This document shows positions 1 to 10,000 of a DNA stretch of 64,000 nucleotides, piece after piece; the first letter of the stretch is position 1, and each line of letters starts with the position of its first letter. The DNA is from an uncultured Chloroflexia bacterium. Lineage in GTDB: Bacteria; Chloroflexota; Chloroflexia; Chloroflexales; Herpetosiphonaceae. The notes under the pieces were generated by a model. That model was not told where the DNA came from. It ran no database searches and saw only the letters and a program-made list of their open reading frames with translations. Location: positions 2,118,547 to 2,182,546 of the forward strand of contig CAVYBW010000001.1 of NCBI GenBank assembly GCA_963767035.1, read 5' to 3'. The position numbers and the translations under genes are program-made.

Positions 1-191
1 TAACATCAGGGTAAATCTATGGAATCTGTCGCGAAAGAAACCTTCCCGATCTTCGCGTCCTTCATGCGCTTCGCGGTTCCAAAACCCTAGCCCCTGAACC
101 CTGACAACTAACCTATCAGCAAACAAAGGCGGTTGCAAGTAATTTGCAACCGCCTTTGACGATTAGGGGTTATGGCTGATCAAGCCAACGC

Positions 192-2021
192 TTATTCGAA
201 CGCTTCCCAGTGTTCTGGCGACCGCCACAAGCTCGAAAGAATCAGCTCGCGAATCGAGAGAAATTCTTTAGGCATGCGGTCGTAAAGTTTGATGAACAAT
301 TCTTCGTGCGAAAGAATTTCCTTATTCCAATCATCGCGGTCAATCGACATCAACTCGTGGAATTGCTCTTCGCTAAAGTTCAGGCCGCTCCAATCCAAAT
401 CTTGGTAACGTGGCATCCAGCCAATTGGGCTTTCGATGGCGACTGCTTGGCCGTGAGCACGTTCGACCACCCACTTGAGCACTCGCATATTTTCGCCAAA
501 ACCTGGCCACAGGAACTTGCCATTTTTATCCTTACGGAACCAGTTGACACTGAAGATCCGTGGTGGATTTGGAATCGTGCGCCCAAACTGCAACCAGTGG
601 TTGAAGTAGTCGGCCATATGGTAGCCCACGAATGGAAGCATTGCCATTGGGTCGCGACGCACTTCGCCAACTGCCGACATTGCTGCTGCCGTGGTTTCCG
701 AACCCATCGTTGCTGCTTGATAGACCCCATACGTCCAGTTGAACGCTTGGTAGACCAATGGCATCAACGTGCTACGGCGACCACCAAAGATAAACGCTTC
801 GATCGGCACACCTTGGGGGTCTTCCCAAGCTGGGTCGATACTTGGACATTGGCTGGCTGGGGCGGTAAAGCGGGCATTAGCGTGCGCAGCTTTGCGTCCA
901 CAGTCAGGAGTCCATTCTTGGCCCGTCCAGTCGATTGCCTTGGCTGGTGGGGTTTTGGTCATACCTTCCCACCAAATATCACCATCAGGCGTGAGGGCTA
1001 CGTTGGTAAAGATCGTATTTTTGCTCAGGGCAGCCATGGCATTTGGATTGGTTTCGTCGGATGTGCCAGGTGCTACGCCAAAGTAACCACTTTCTGGATT
1101 GATTGCATACAGTTTGCCATCTTTGCCAGGCTTGATCCAAGCAATATCATCGCCAACCGTGGTCACCTTCCAGCCATCCATTGCGGTTGGTGGAATCAGC
1201 ATTGCAAAGTTGGTTTTGCCACAAGCACTTGGGAAGGCAGCAGCCACATAGGTTTTTTCACCAACCGGCGATTCAACCCCAAGCACCAGCATATGTTCAG
1301 CCAACCAGCCTTCGTCGCGAGCCATGTTCGAGGCAATCCGCAAGGCGAAGCATTTCTTGCCAAGCAAGGCATTGCCACCATAACCACTGCCATACGACCA
1401 AATCGAGCGTTCTTCAGGAAAGTGCACAATATATTTTTCTTGTTCGTTACATGGCCACGAAACATCAGTTTGGCCTGGTTGGAGCGGCGCACCAACCGAG
1501 TGCAAACATGGAATAAAGTGACCATTATCGCCCAGCACAGCATACACTTCGCTGCTCATTCGGGTCATAATTTTCATATTGACTACAACGTATGGCGAGT
1601 CGGTCAATTCGACCCCAATGTGGGCAATTGGCGAGCCAAGTGGCCCCATGCTGAATGGCACAACATACATCGTGCGACCACGCATCGAGCCATCGAACAA
1701 GCCGGTCAGTTTTTCCTTCATTGCTTTAGGCTGCATCCAGTTATTAGTTGGGCCTGCATCGCCTTTGCTCAAACTACAAATATAGGTGCGATCCTCGACC
1801 CGCGCTACGTCTGAAGGATTTGAACGAGCCAAGAAGCTATTGGGGCGTTTTTCGGGATTCAATGGAATAAAGGTTCCAGACTCAACCAAGCGCCCACACA
1901 TCACTGCATATTCTTCGTCAGAACCATCACACCAATACACATCGTCGGGCTTGCACAAGGCAACCATTTCTTCGACCCAACGTTTGAGTTCTTCATTGCG
2001 TACATAGGCTGGTGCGTTCAT
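192..2021 (-). CDS. pckG: Phosphoenolpyruvate carboxykinase, GTP-dependent
   Basis: 609 aa full-length ORF. The whole protein reads as GTP-type PEPCK (PCK/Pck1 family), including the conserved Cys-containing loop and the kinase-1a/P-loop region. ATG at 2019-2021. Confidence 0.93.
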   Translation of the reverse strand: MNAPAYVRNEELKRWVEEMVALCKPDDVYWCDGSDEEYAVMCGRLVESGTFIPLNPEKRPNSFLARSNPSDVARVEDRTYICSLSKGDAGPTNNWMQPKAMKEKLTGLFDGSMRGRTMYVVPFSMGPLGSPIAHIGVELTDSPYVVVNMKIMTRMSSEVYAVLGDNGHFIPCLHSVGAPLQPGQTDVSWPCNEQEKYIVHFPEERSIWSYGSGYGGNALLGKKCFALRIASNMARDEGWLAEHMLVLGVESPVGEKTYVAAAFPSACGKTNFAMLIPPTAMDGWKVTTVGDDIAWIKPGKDGKLYAINPESGYFGVAPGTSDETNPNAMAALSKNTIFTNVALTPDGDIWWEGMTKTPPAKAIDWTGQEWTPDCGRKAAHANARFTAPASQCPSIDPAWEDPQGVPIEAFIFGGRRSTLMPLVYQAFNWTYGVYQAATMGSETTAAAMSAVGEVRRDPMAMLPFVGYHMADYFNHWLQFGRTIPNPPRIFSVNWFRKDKNGKFLWPGFGENMRVLKWVVERAHGQAVAIESPIGWMPRYQDLDWSGLNFSEEQFHELMSIDRDDWNKEILSHEELFIKLYDRMPKEFLSIRELILSSLWRSPEHWEAFE

Positions 2022-2039
2022 AATACTGATTCCTCCAAT

Positions 2040-2500
2040 GCTTCACGATGTCGGGTTTTCATTGAACCCCCTGCACGTCATCGCGAACCTGTCTATAGAA
2101 TACCAGCCAATACTGAAACTTAAGGAAAAACTTCACAACCTAACACAGAGGGATGACAACAAACGCTAAATTATGAAGGATGAAGGATGAATTATAAGGG
2201 AAGAAGGCTCTACGAAGAGCACGAAGAATGGTAACCGCGAAGCTCACCAAAGCCACGAAAGACGGGAAACGCGAAGGTTACTTTTTTTGCCACAGATTGC
2301 ACAGATTAGCTAGATTATGTTCCCAATAGCCTATAGCCTTGAGCCAATCGCCATACTTCCTCTGCGTTAAGAAATGACCCACGAAGGACACGAAAGGATG
2401 GTAACCTCGAAGCGCACGAAGATCGCGAAGACCGTAATTATCCTGCTTCCCGACTCCTGATCCCCAGCCCCTGACCTCCAATTGCGCTGTTCTATATTCT
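2040..2500. repeat. Mosaic intergenic repeat region (family C: cacgaag/cgcgaag/cttcgcg modules plus ccacagattgcacagatt module)
   Basis: Quasi-periodic cacgaag/cgcgaag at 2206-2280 and 2380-2440. The gccacagattgcacagatt module at 2290-2310 is the reverse complement of aatctgtgcaatctgtggc at 25861-25880. Related modules occur at 1-100, 3190-3300, 23960-24200, 25790-25980, 26710-26940, 30800-30845 and 42540-42880. Confidence 0.65.
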
Positions 2501-3092
2501 TAGGGTGTTGCGGTTGGCGTAAGGGTTGGAAGCACGGTTCCATCCACATCAAACCACTGGCGGGTTTCGAGATTGAACAATAGATGGGTAGTATTAGTGT
2601 ACAAATCCACAATTGGATAATCAACTGCATAAATTTTCATTGATCCTATGCGGGAAGGCGTATCATAATTTGCGCGTCCAGCATATAAAACCTGGATTCT
2701 GCCTTGCTGTGGATCAACACTCTGTGTACCAGTCTGAACAGCGACATTTCTACTTTCGCTAATCCAACAATTGCTTGGTATAAAATTGCGCCATGGCTCA
2801 CAAGAATTAGATAGCTCATCTGGGCGGATGGTTGGTGTTGGAGGGAAAGTAATACCTAGCACATAGGGCGTTGGCGATAGCGCAAGCTCGGTTGCAATGC
2901 TTGGGTATCAAACACAAATTTTTTCGCCAAGGTCGGGGTGAGTACAATGGCGGTAGCTGTATTGACGACAGCTCTTTGGCCACGTTGGCTAGCTGGTTGA
3001 ACTGCTGGCTGGGTACTAGTTCGGCCACAGGCGGCGAGTACCAGCACCAATCCAACACTTAGATTGATCGTTCGCTGAAGGGTACGCATCAA
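2500..3092 (-). CDS. Secreted lipoprotein of unknown function (apparent frameshift)
   Basis: N-terminus MMRTLQRTINLSVGLVLVLAACG is a lipoprotein signal peptide with lipobox Cys. Two overlapping ORFs (2856-3092 and 2500-2862) join in frame if the ccc run near 2866-2870 is cccc. Confidence 0.5.
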
Positions 3093-3364
3093 AAGTTACC
3101 TCAATCTCTCTGAAAAAGGCTTCGCTCGCTATCATTGCATACACGGCTAAACCTCTACAATGATACTAATGTGAAAGGAACCTGAGGTTATCAATGTTGA
3201 TCCACGAAGGGTTGAAACCGCGAAGGACGTTTTTGGCCACGAATTCCACTCGCACTTTATGCTCTAGGCTATATGTTCTATGTTCTTCATCCTTCTAACT
3301 TTTGATTTTATTTCGGTGCTATCATAGCAATCGGCTTTGTTTCAGAGGATTTGCCGTGAGTTCA

Positions 3365-4084
3365 ATGATTTTCTCCAACGTGATAACGGTGCTGCACGAA
3401 CCACAGCGCGAGGTCAATATTGGCTCAACGGTGCGGGCTTTGCTCAACACTGGTTTTCAACACCTGCGCTTAGTCCAACCAGTGGCCTACTCGGTCGAGC
3501 GGCTTGATGATATGGCCCATCGCAGTAGCCCGTTAGTTGAACAAATTGAAACCTATTCCAGCCTTGGCGAGGCATTAACCAATATTCCGTATGTGGTGGG
3601 GTTTAGTGGCCGCAGCCGTGGCAAACGTCGCGCTATTAGCTTGCCCGAATTTGCGCCAAGTTTAACCGCGTTGGCAGCTACAACACCCGTGGCCTTGGTG
3701 TTTGGCCGTGAAGATCGTGGGCTGGATAACGCTGCAATCGAGCAATGCAGCCAATTAATCAGCATTCCGGTTGATCCTAGCTATCCTTCGTTGAATTTGG
3801 CCGATGCTGTGCTGTTGGCCTTGTATACGCTGCGCGGCTTGGCAACTTCAGCCGAGCCATTACCTAACATCAATTTGGCCGACCAAGCAGCCCACGATTT
3901 ATTGCTCAATTTGCTCGATCAATTGTTGAGCAAGCTTAAATTTTCGCGCACTGCTGGCCAACAAGCGAGCGCTGTGCGCATGGTGCGCGACCTGCTGGCC
4001 CGCTCAACTCCAAGCCCTAGTGAAATCGCGCTGGTTACCGCCATGTGTCGCAAAATGCTAGCAGCCCTGAAGAATAATGAATGA
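3365..4084 (+). CDS. SpoU/TrmH-family RNA 2'-O-methyltransferase (TrmJ-like)
   Basis: Motifs VFGREDRGL and SLNLADAV match the SpoU methylase fold. The N-terminus MIFSNVITVLHEPQ...GSTVRAL resembles TrmJ. Upstream in-frame extension ignored. Confidence 0.7.
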   Translation: MIFSNVITVLHEPQREVNIGSTVRALLNTGFQHLRLVQPVAYSVERLDDMAHRSSPLVEQIETYSSLGEALTNIPYVVGFSGRSRGKRRAISLPEFAPSLTALAATTPVALVFGREDRGLDNAAIEQCSQLISIPVDPSYPSLNLADAVLLALYTLRGLATSAEPLPNINLADQAAHDLLLNLLDQLLSKLKFSRTAGQQASAVRMVRDLLARSTPSPSEIALVTAMCRKMLAALKNNE

Positions 4085-4096
4085 TTAGCTAGGTTC

Positions 4097-4143
4097 CCTC
4101 ACCCCAATCCCTCTCCCACTGACTGAACGCGGGCGAGGGGCGT
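4097..4143. repeat. Family A repeat, single copy
   Basis: ccctcaccccaatccctctcccactgactgaacgcgggcgaggggcg. Confidence 0.75.
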
Positions 4144-4235
4144 TTGATTCTGCATCAATCCCGACGTTTCTTGCAAAAAGCCGACAATTGCTCTACACTC
4201 ATTCGGCACGACGACTGCAATGAGGCACGCTGGTT

Positions 4236-6146
4236 ATGATCGACACAGACGCTCCAAGCGCGGCAATTTTCGCGATTCTGCAAAATGATAATGCTGTGGC
4301 GCAAGCACAGGAACTCCGCGCGTTTGGCGCAACCTGGCAAAGCCAAAACGCCGATCCACCAATGCTTACCAAGCTTGGCATCGAAGCCGCTACGCAAGCG
4401 CGGCTTGATCCCAGTGCGGTTGTGACCGATCTTTTGCTTGGTTACGCTGCGGCTCGCGAGGAGCAACGCACTCGCCATTGGCAAAATCACTTGATGCGCC
4501 GTGTGCAGCAGCTCGATGGCTTGCATCGAATTATTAGCGCCGCCAATTCAACCCTCGATATTGATGCCTCGCTGCAAACGGTGGTCGATACGGTCAGCGA
4601 TGTGATGCGGGTCGATGTTTGTTCGATTTATCTCTTCGATCAGCATCGGCGCATGCTGCGGTTGGTCGCGACCCGTGGCCTGAATCCCAAGGCAATTGGC
4701 ACGGTCGAGGTTGAAATTGGGGTGGGCGTAACTGGCTGGGCTGGCGAATTGGGCAAGCCGGTGGCGATTTTCGATGTGCGCAATGAGCCACGCTACCAGC
4801 TTGAGCCGCTGCTCGAAGAGTGGCAATTTCGCTCGCTTTTGGCAGTTCCAGTCATTTTATTTGCCAGCGAACGCCATCATATCGAAACACTCCAAGGCGT
4901 GATCACGGTGCAAAATCGTGATCCCCATGAATTTTCGCAAGAGCAAACCTCGTATCTCGAAGTGGTGGCGGGTGAAATTGCGCTCTCGATTGCCAATGCT
5001 CAAATGTATCAACAAACTGATGCCCGTTTGCACCAAAAAATCCGTGAATTAACCACCTTGCAGCGGGTAACGGCGGCTCTAGCATCGACTTTGGATGTTG
5101 ATAACTTGCTGCATTTGATTGTTGAGCAAGCTGTCAAAATTGCCGATGTTGATCGCACCGATATTTTCCAAGTCCGACCGAATAATAAAGTTAAAGTGCT
5201 GGCTTCGTATGGCCCTGGTCGCACATCCGGCGTAGAAGATATGATTGTGCAAGTGATTCGTGAGCATCGGGCGATTGCCGTGCCCAATGCCTACACCGAT
5301 GAACGTTGGTCGGGCGTGCAGGCGATTGCCTATCGCGAGGGCTTTCATTCATTGTTTGCCCTGCCGATGCGCACTGGCAATCGCATTATTGGGGCTTTGT
5401 GTTTTTATAGCTATGCGCCGCGCCATATTGAATATGAGCAAGTGCAATTGCTGACCACGTTTGCCGACGAAGGCGCAATCGCGATTGAAAATGCCCGCTT
5501 GTATGAAGAAACTCAGCGCAATCTGACGATCAAATCGACCTTGCTGCAAGAGATTCATCACCGTGTGCGAAACAATTTGCAAACGATCTCGGCCTTATTG
5601 CAAATGCAGGCGCGTCGTTTGAACGGTGAAACCAAGGGTCGGCAAGCGCTTGATGATAGTGTGCGCCGCATCCACGCGATTGCTGCAGTGCACAATTTAC
5701 TCAGCCACGATGGCGAAGGCCAAACTACAGTCCAAGATATTGCCAAGCAAATTGCCGAAAATATTCAGATGAGCCTGCCGACCGAAACGCCCGTCGAGTT
5801 TTTGATTACTGGCGATTCAGTTTCGGTTAATGCGCGGGCGGCCACTGTGCTGGCCATTGTGATCAACGAATTGGTGCATAATGCGATTGATCATGGCCTG
5901 AGCGCCGAGGGCGGCATTATTGGCATTGATGGCTGGATGGAAAATGAAGAGCAGGCTTGGGTGCAGGTGCGCGACGATGGCCCAATCCGGCCTGAGCCAA
6001 TCAAACGCCGCGTCAGCACTGGGCTTGGGCTTGGAATTATCGAAACCCTCGTCAACACCGACCTAGGTGGTAGCTTTGAGTTCAAACGCGAAACCGAATG
6101 GACGCGGGCATTAATCAAATTCGCCCCTGATGATTTAGATGATTGA
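4236..6146 (+). CDS. Sensor histidine kinase with tandem GAF domains (HisKA_2/HWE-type)
   Basis: Two GAF-like blocks, an H-box EIHHRVRNNLQTISALLQMQ typical of HisKA_2, and a C-terminal HATPase_c region (ELVHNAIDHG...GLGLGI). No response regulator is adjacent. Confidence 0.85.
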   Translation: MIDTDAPSAAIFAILQNDNAVAQAQELRAFGATWQSQNADPPMLTKLGIEAATQARLDPSAVVTDLLLGYAAAREEQRTRHWQNHLMRRVQQLDGLHRIISAANSTLDIDASLQTVVDTVSDVMRVDVCSIYLFDQHRRMLRLVATRGLNPKAIGTVEVEIGVGVTGWAGELGKPVAIFDVRNEPRYQLEPLLEEWQFRSLLAVPVILFASERHHIETLQGVITVQNRDPHEFSQEQTSYLEVVAGEIALSIANAQMYQQTDARLHQKIRELTTLQRVTAALASTLDVDNLLHLIVEQAVKIADVDRTDIFQVRPNNKVKVLASYGPGRTSGVEDMIVQVIREHRAIAVPNAYTDERWSGVQAIAYREGFHSLFALPMRTGNRIIGALCFYSYAPRHIEYEQVQLLTTFADEGAIAIENARLYEETQRNLTIKSTLLQEIHHRVRNNLQTISALLQMQARRLNGETKGRQALDDSVRRIHAIAAVHNLLSHDGEGQTTVQDIAKQIAENIQMSLPTETPVEFLITGDSVSVNARAATVLAIVINELVHNAIDHGLSAEGGIIGIDGWMENEEQAWVQVRDDGPIRPEPIKRRVSTGLGLGIIETLVNTDLGGSFEFKRETEWTRALIKFAPDDLDD

Positions 6147-6152
6147 GCCAGC

Positions 6153-7103
6153 ATGACCCAACTATCGTTAATTTGTACGGTTAAAAATGAAGCCGAGAGC
6201 ATTGCCGATTTGCTTGATTCGATGTTGGCCCAAAGTCGCCAGCCCGATGAAATTATCGTCAATGATTGTGGCTCGACTGATGCAACCGCTGCAATTGTGC
6301 AAAGTTATATTGAGCGTGGCGCACCAATTCGGCTGGTTCATGGTGGTTTTAATATCTCCTCTGGCCGCAATAATGCCATTTTGCATGCCCAAGGCCACTT
6401 AATTGCCTCGACCGATGCGGGCTTAGCGCTCGATCGCCAGTGGCTCGAACGAATTGTCGCACCACTGGAAGCCGATCAGGCTGATTTGGTGGCGGGGTTT
6501 TATCAAGCTGCGCCACGCAGCGATCTAGAAACCGCCATCGGCGCAACCAACTATCCACTAGCCGAAGAAGTTGATCCAAGCCAATTTTTGGCGGCGGGAC
6601 AATCGGTGGCGTTTCGCAAAATAGTGTGGAAGACCGTGGGCGGTTATCCCGAATGGCTCGACCATTGCGAAGATTTGGTGTTTGATCGGGCAGCAATTGC
6701 AGCGGGATTTCGCAGCACAGCAGTGCTTGAGGCCGTAGTACATTTTCAGCCGCGCTCCAATTTTCGGGCACTCTTTCGCCAATACTTCTTCTATGCTCGC
6801 GGCGATGGGGTTGCCAACCTCTGGCCGTTGCGTCACGCCATTCGCTATGCCACCTACCTTGGTTTGTTACTATTAATTGGCAGGTTGCCAAAGCATCCAT
6901 GGCTTGTGAGCTTATTAGGTTTCGGTATTGCTGGTTACACCCGCAAACCCTATCGGCGCTTGTGGCGCGCAACCAAAGGCTGGTCATGGTCACGTCGGAT
7001 CAAAGCCCTCAGTTTACCGCCATTAATTCGTGGAGTTGGCGATTTGGCGAAAATGATTGGCTACCCCATTGGCTGGCTCGTGCGTTTGGGCAAGCGAACA
7101 TAA
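6153..7103 (+). CDS. Family 2 glycosyltransferase
   Basis: N-terminal LSLICTVKNEAESIADLLDSMLAQ...DEIIVNDCGSTD is a GT2 (GT-A fold) signature with a DxD-like motif. Confidence 0.8.
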   Translation: MTQLSLICTVKNEAESIADLLDSMLAQSRQPDEIIVNDCGSTDATAAIVQSYIERGAPIRLVHGGFNISSGRNNAILHAQGHLIASTDAGLALDRQWLERIVAPLEADQADLVAGFYQAAPRSDLETAIGATNYPLAEEVDPSQFLAAGQSVAFRKIVWKTVGGYPEWLDHCEDLVFDRAAIAAGFRSTAVLEAVVHFQPRSNFRALFRQYFFYARGDGVANLWPLRHAIRYATYLGLLLLIGRLPKHPWLVSLLGFGIAGYTRKPYRRLWRATKGWSWSRRIKALSLPPLIRGVGDLAKMIGYPIGWLVRLGKRT

Positions 7104-7106
7104 TTG

Positions 7107-7247
7107 ATTCCCTCACTCCCAGCCCTCACCCACCGCACGCGGGCGAGGGGGAGCCAGCCCTAGTTTATCGATGCAATCATGCTAAACCACAATGTTAAAG
7201 CCCCGCTCCCACGGTGTGGGAGCGGATTGGAGTGAGGGAACGCACTC
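7107..7247. repeat. Family A palindromic repeat, inverted pair
   Basis: ccctcactcccagccctcaccc...gcgggcgaggggga and its reverse complement gggagcggattggagtgaggg. Confidence 0.75.
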
Positions 7248-7344
7248 AAAGCTATACGACCCAACAAATGGCCGATTGACAAGCCACAAGTACCTTTGAT
7301 AGCATCGAATTCTCTCAATTATTGAAGAAATAGGAGTGTTACTG

Positions 7345-8559
7345 ATGCGTTATCGTCGCGGGTTGGCTTGTTTATTAATTGGCTTAGTTGGCTGTAGCAG
7401 CGCCACAACTCCCACCAGCCAGCCAACGAGCAATGTGATTGCCAGTGAGCCAACCACCATTCCTGCGCCAACAATGGCCCCAACGATTGTCGCCACTACA
7501 GCACCAAGCCCAGCTGTAAACAGCGAATTACTGCCCCAGCCGTTATATGCTCTTTCATCACAACCCAATGGCGTGCAAATTATCCGCTTAGAAACCGATG
7601 GCACTACGCTCACGCCAATTACCAATGAGCCAAATGGGGTCTTTGATTATCATGTCAGCAACCTTGGGCAAATTGCCTACATCGCCAATAACGATCTGAT
7701 TTTGGTTGATGGCTTGGGCCAAAATCGCCAAATTTTGGTCGATGGACCAACCATCGATCCACAAGCAGATACCAATGTATTCCACCGTGATCAATTGAAT
7801 ACGCCACGCTGGTCGCCTGATGGCAGTTCGATTGCCTTTAGCTGGGGCGGTTTGCAAGTGCTCAATCTAATCACCAGCGAGCAAACGATGCTTTTGCCGC
7901 ACACGAGCAATGCAAACGCAGCGCTGGCCGATATTTACGATTATTCGGTGTTGTATAGCCCGAACAGTTGGTCGCCCAGTGGCAGCCAAATTTTGGCCAA
8001 TGCTGGTTTTGTGCCAGAAGGCGGAAATTTGGTGCTGTTTGATTTAGTAACATCGACACCATTGACGATAACTATTGATGGCAAGTACCCATGTTGCCAC
8101 GTTGGCTGGGAGCCAGATGGTAGTGCAATCAACGTCACGAATGAAACGTTTGGCATGTTCCCAACTGGCTGGTGGCACATCAACCCTAGCACTGGCGAAT
8201 CCAAGGCGCTGATTGATGGCGATAATGTCGAACCATTCGAGGCGGTGTCGAGCGTGTTCATGCAAGCTGATGGCAGTCACTTGGCATTTGTTGGCACAGT
8301 CAACAGCAGCGATCCGATGCAGATTTCGGCGCCATTGACCCTCAGCCAAATTGGGCTTGATGGCACGATTACGCCATTGCGCCAAGATACGCAAACCGTT
8401 GGCAGCGTGTTGTGGTCGCCAGATGGCAGCGGTGCAGTCATTGTGCCCTCGCTGATGGCCGAAACTCAACTCCAATGGATTCCGAGCAATGCTAGCGCAG
8501 TTGTCGATTTGGCCTTGAGCGGAGCCAATATGCAATGGGCCATCACGCTCGATCAGTAG
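7345..8559 (+). CDS. PD40/TolB-like beta-propeller lipoprotein
   Basis: Signal peptide with lipobox (LLIGLVGCSS), a Thr/Pro-rich linker, and repeated WSPDGS blocks characteristic of PD40 repeats. Confidence 0.7.
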   Translation: MRYRRGLACLLIGLVGCSSATTPTSQPTSNVIASEPTTIPAPTMAPTIVATTAPSPAVNSELLPQPLYALSSQPNGVQIIRLETDGTTLTPITNEPNGVFDYHVSNLGQIAYIANNDLILVDGLGQNRQILVDGPTIDPQADTNVFHRDQLNTPRWSPDGSSIAFSWGGLQVLNLITSEQTMLLPHTSNANAALADIYDYSVLYSPNSWSPSGSQILANAGFVPEGGNLVLFDLVTSTPLTITIDGKYPCCHVGWEPDGSAINVTNETFGMFPTGWWHINPSTGESKALIDGDNVEPFEAVSSVFMQADGSHLAFVGTVNSSDPMQISAPLTLSQIGLDGTITPLRQDTQTVGSVLWSPDGSGAVIVPSLMAETQLQWIPSNASAVVDLALSGANMQWAITLDQ

Positions 8560-8582
8560 AAATCCCCTCACCCCAGCCTTTT

Positions 8583-8807
8583 CAAGGGTAGGTTTTAAAT
8601 CAGTGTGGGTTGAAATACCGAGGGATTGTGTGATCCCCTCACCCCCAACCCCTCTCCCGTGGCGCGGGCGAGGGGCGTTAACACGACGGTTCTTTCGTCA
8701 TGTTGCGGTGAACAATGGCGGCTCCCCCTCGCCCGCGTTTTCGTGAGAGAGGGGGTCGGGGGGTGAGGGGACGTTTAACCACCACGCTGTATTAAAAACC
8801 TACCCTT
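8583..8807. repeat. Composite palindromic intergenic element (family A pair nested in outer inverted repeat)
   Basis: Outer IR caagggtaggtttt (8583-8596) / aaaacctacccttg (8794-8807). Inner inverted copies of cccctcacccccaacccctctccc...gcgggcgagggg are at 8635-8678 and 8723-8770. Confidence 0.8.
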
Positions 8808-8826
8808 GTACAGTAAAGGAATCTCG

Positions 8827-9045
8827 TTAATCATCCTCGCGGCGCTCGTTTGGATTCGGCTCGTCGAGTGGTAGTGGTGCTACTTGCAGCCCATCGCGAT
8901 CAACATACAGCGGTGGCGTTGGCATACCCCCATTTTCAAAGGCTGGGTTGACTGCAACCGGCGACACAACTGTAGCGTCGGATGCTTTGTCGCCAACATA
9001 GGTACGCTCAAATTCATCAGCATCTTTAAATAATGGCTCACTCAT
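8827..9045 (-). CDS. Small acidic hypothetical protein
   Basis: 72 aa ORF with a good RBS (aggag, 8 nt upstream). No recognisable domain. Confidence 0.45.
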   Translation of the reverse strand: MSEPLFKDADEFERTYVGDKASDATVVSPVAVNPAFENGGMPTPPLYVDRDGLQVAPLPLDEPNPNERREDD

Positions 9046-9170
9046 ACAAAACTCCTAACACCAATATCATTAGTAGATAACCCAAGCTATAGCAGAAAAT
9101 GCACCACGCCAGCATTTTTCGGCTATACTACCAAGTACCTATAATTGAGCTTCGCCAAAGGAGGCTCCTA

Positions 9171-9972
9171 ATGTATCGTCAACGGAATTCTGGCTGTATT
9201 AGTAGTTTGTTTTTTCTGCTCATCGGAGCACTTGGAATTATGGTTGTACTTTCGATCACTGGCCTATTTGACCCAATCGGCATGTGGTTTAACCAGCCAC
9301 AAACCATCAATAATGCCCAAGGCCCAGCGATTGTGCAGCAATTACGTGCTCGTAACGAGTGGATCACCTTTTCATATCAGGCCGATCAAGTGATCGAAGC
9401 GCGCAATGAGGGCAATTTCTTCCAAGAATTACTCTATGGCGATCGGATTCTGCTGCAAGCACGGGGCGAGGTAGCAGCAGGCATTGATATGAGCGAGTTA
9501 CGCGATGACCAAATTGTCATTGACGGTAATTCGATTAAAAATAACCTTGCCACCAGCTCGCATTATCTACTCGCGTTTGGATAATCAGGCCACCCGAGTA
9601 TATGATCGCGAACGCGGCTGGCTGAGTCGTGGTGATATCAACTTAGAAAGCAATGCTCGTAGCTTTGCCGAACAATCGATTATCACCAGTGCATGTGAAA
9701 ATGGCGTGCTTGATCGCGCCGCAGTCGAAGCTCAAAAAAATGTCAGCGATTTACTGTCGGCTGTCGATTATACCAACGTGACAGTCGTAGTGAGCAAAGT
9801 TGGCGATTGTGCTGGCAGTGCCAATCAAATGGCAACCCAACAACCAAATGCGCTTGAGCCAACTGCTCCAGCAAATGTACCGACCAATAGCACCGCTCAA
9901 CCGAGCGTCGCGCCAACGCCAACCAGCAGTGGCGGCAGTCTTTCCGGAACGGCTGTTCCAATTAAACCTTAA
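9171..9972 (+). CDS. DUF4230-family membrane protein (apparent frameshift)
   Basis: RBS ggagg then MYRQRNSG, an N-terminal TM helix, and a DUF4230-like core (ITLPPARII motif). The frame changes at the aaaaa run 9536-9540; deleting one A restores a continuous protein. It has a Pro/Thr-rich C-terminal tail. Confidence 0.6.
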
Positions 9973-10000
9973 AGTGATTTACACTAGAATTTGTGGAGCT

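Noticed and set aside
210-1814. 534 aa ORF on the plus strand
   Set aside because: It lies entirely antisense within the well-supported pckG gene. The low-complexity translation has no family resemblance, so it is a shadow ORF.
9800-10000. Upstream in-frame extension of the era ORF (listed start 9800)
   Set aside because: It overlaps the DUF4230 gene in another frame. The DUF2283-like domain begins at Met 10001, which is the only ATG after the upstream in-frame stop at 9986.
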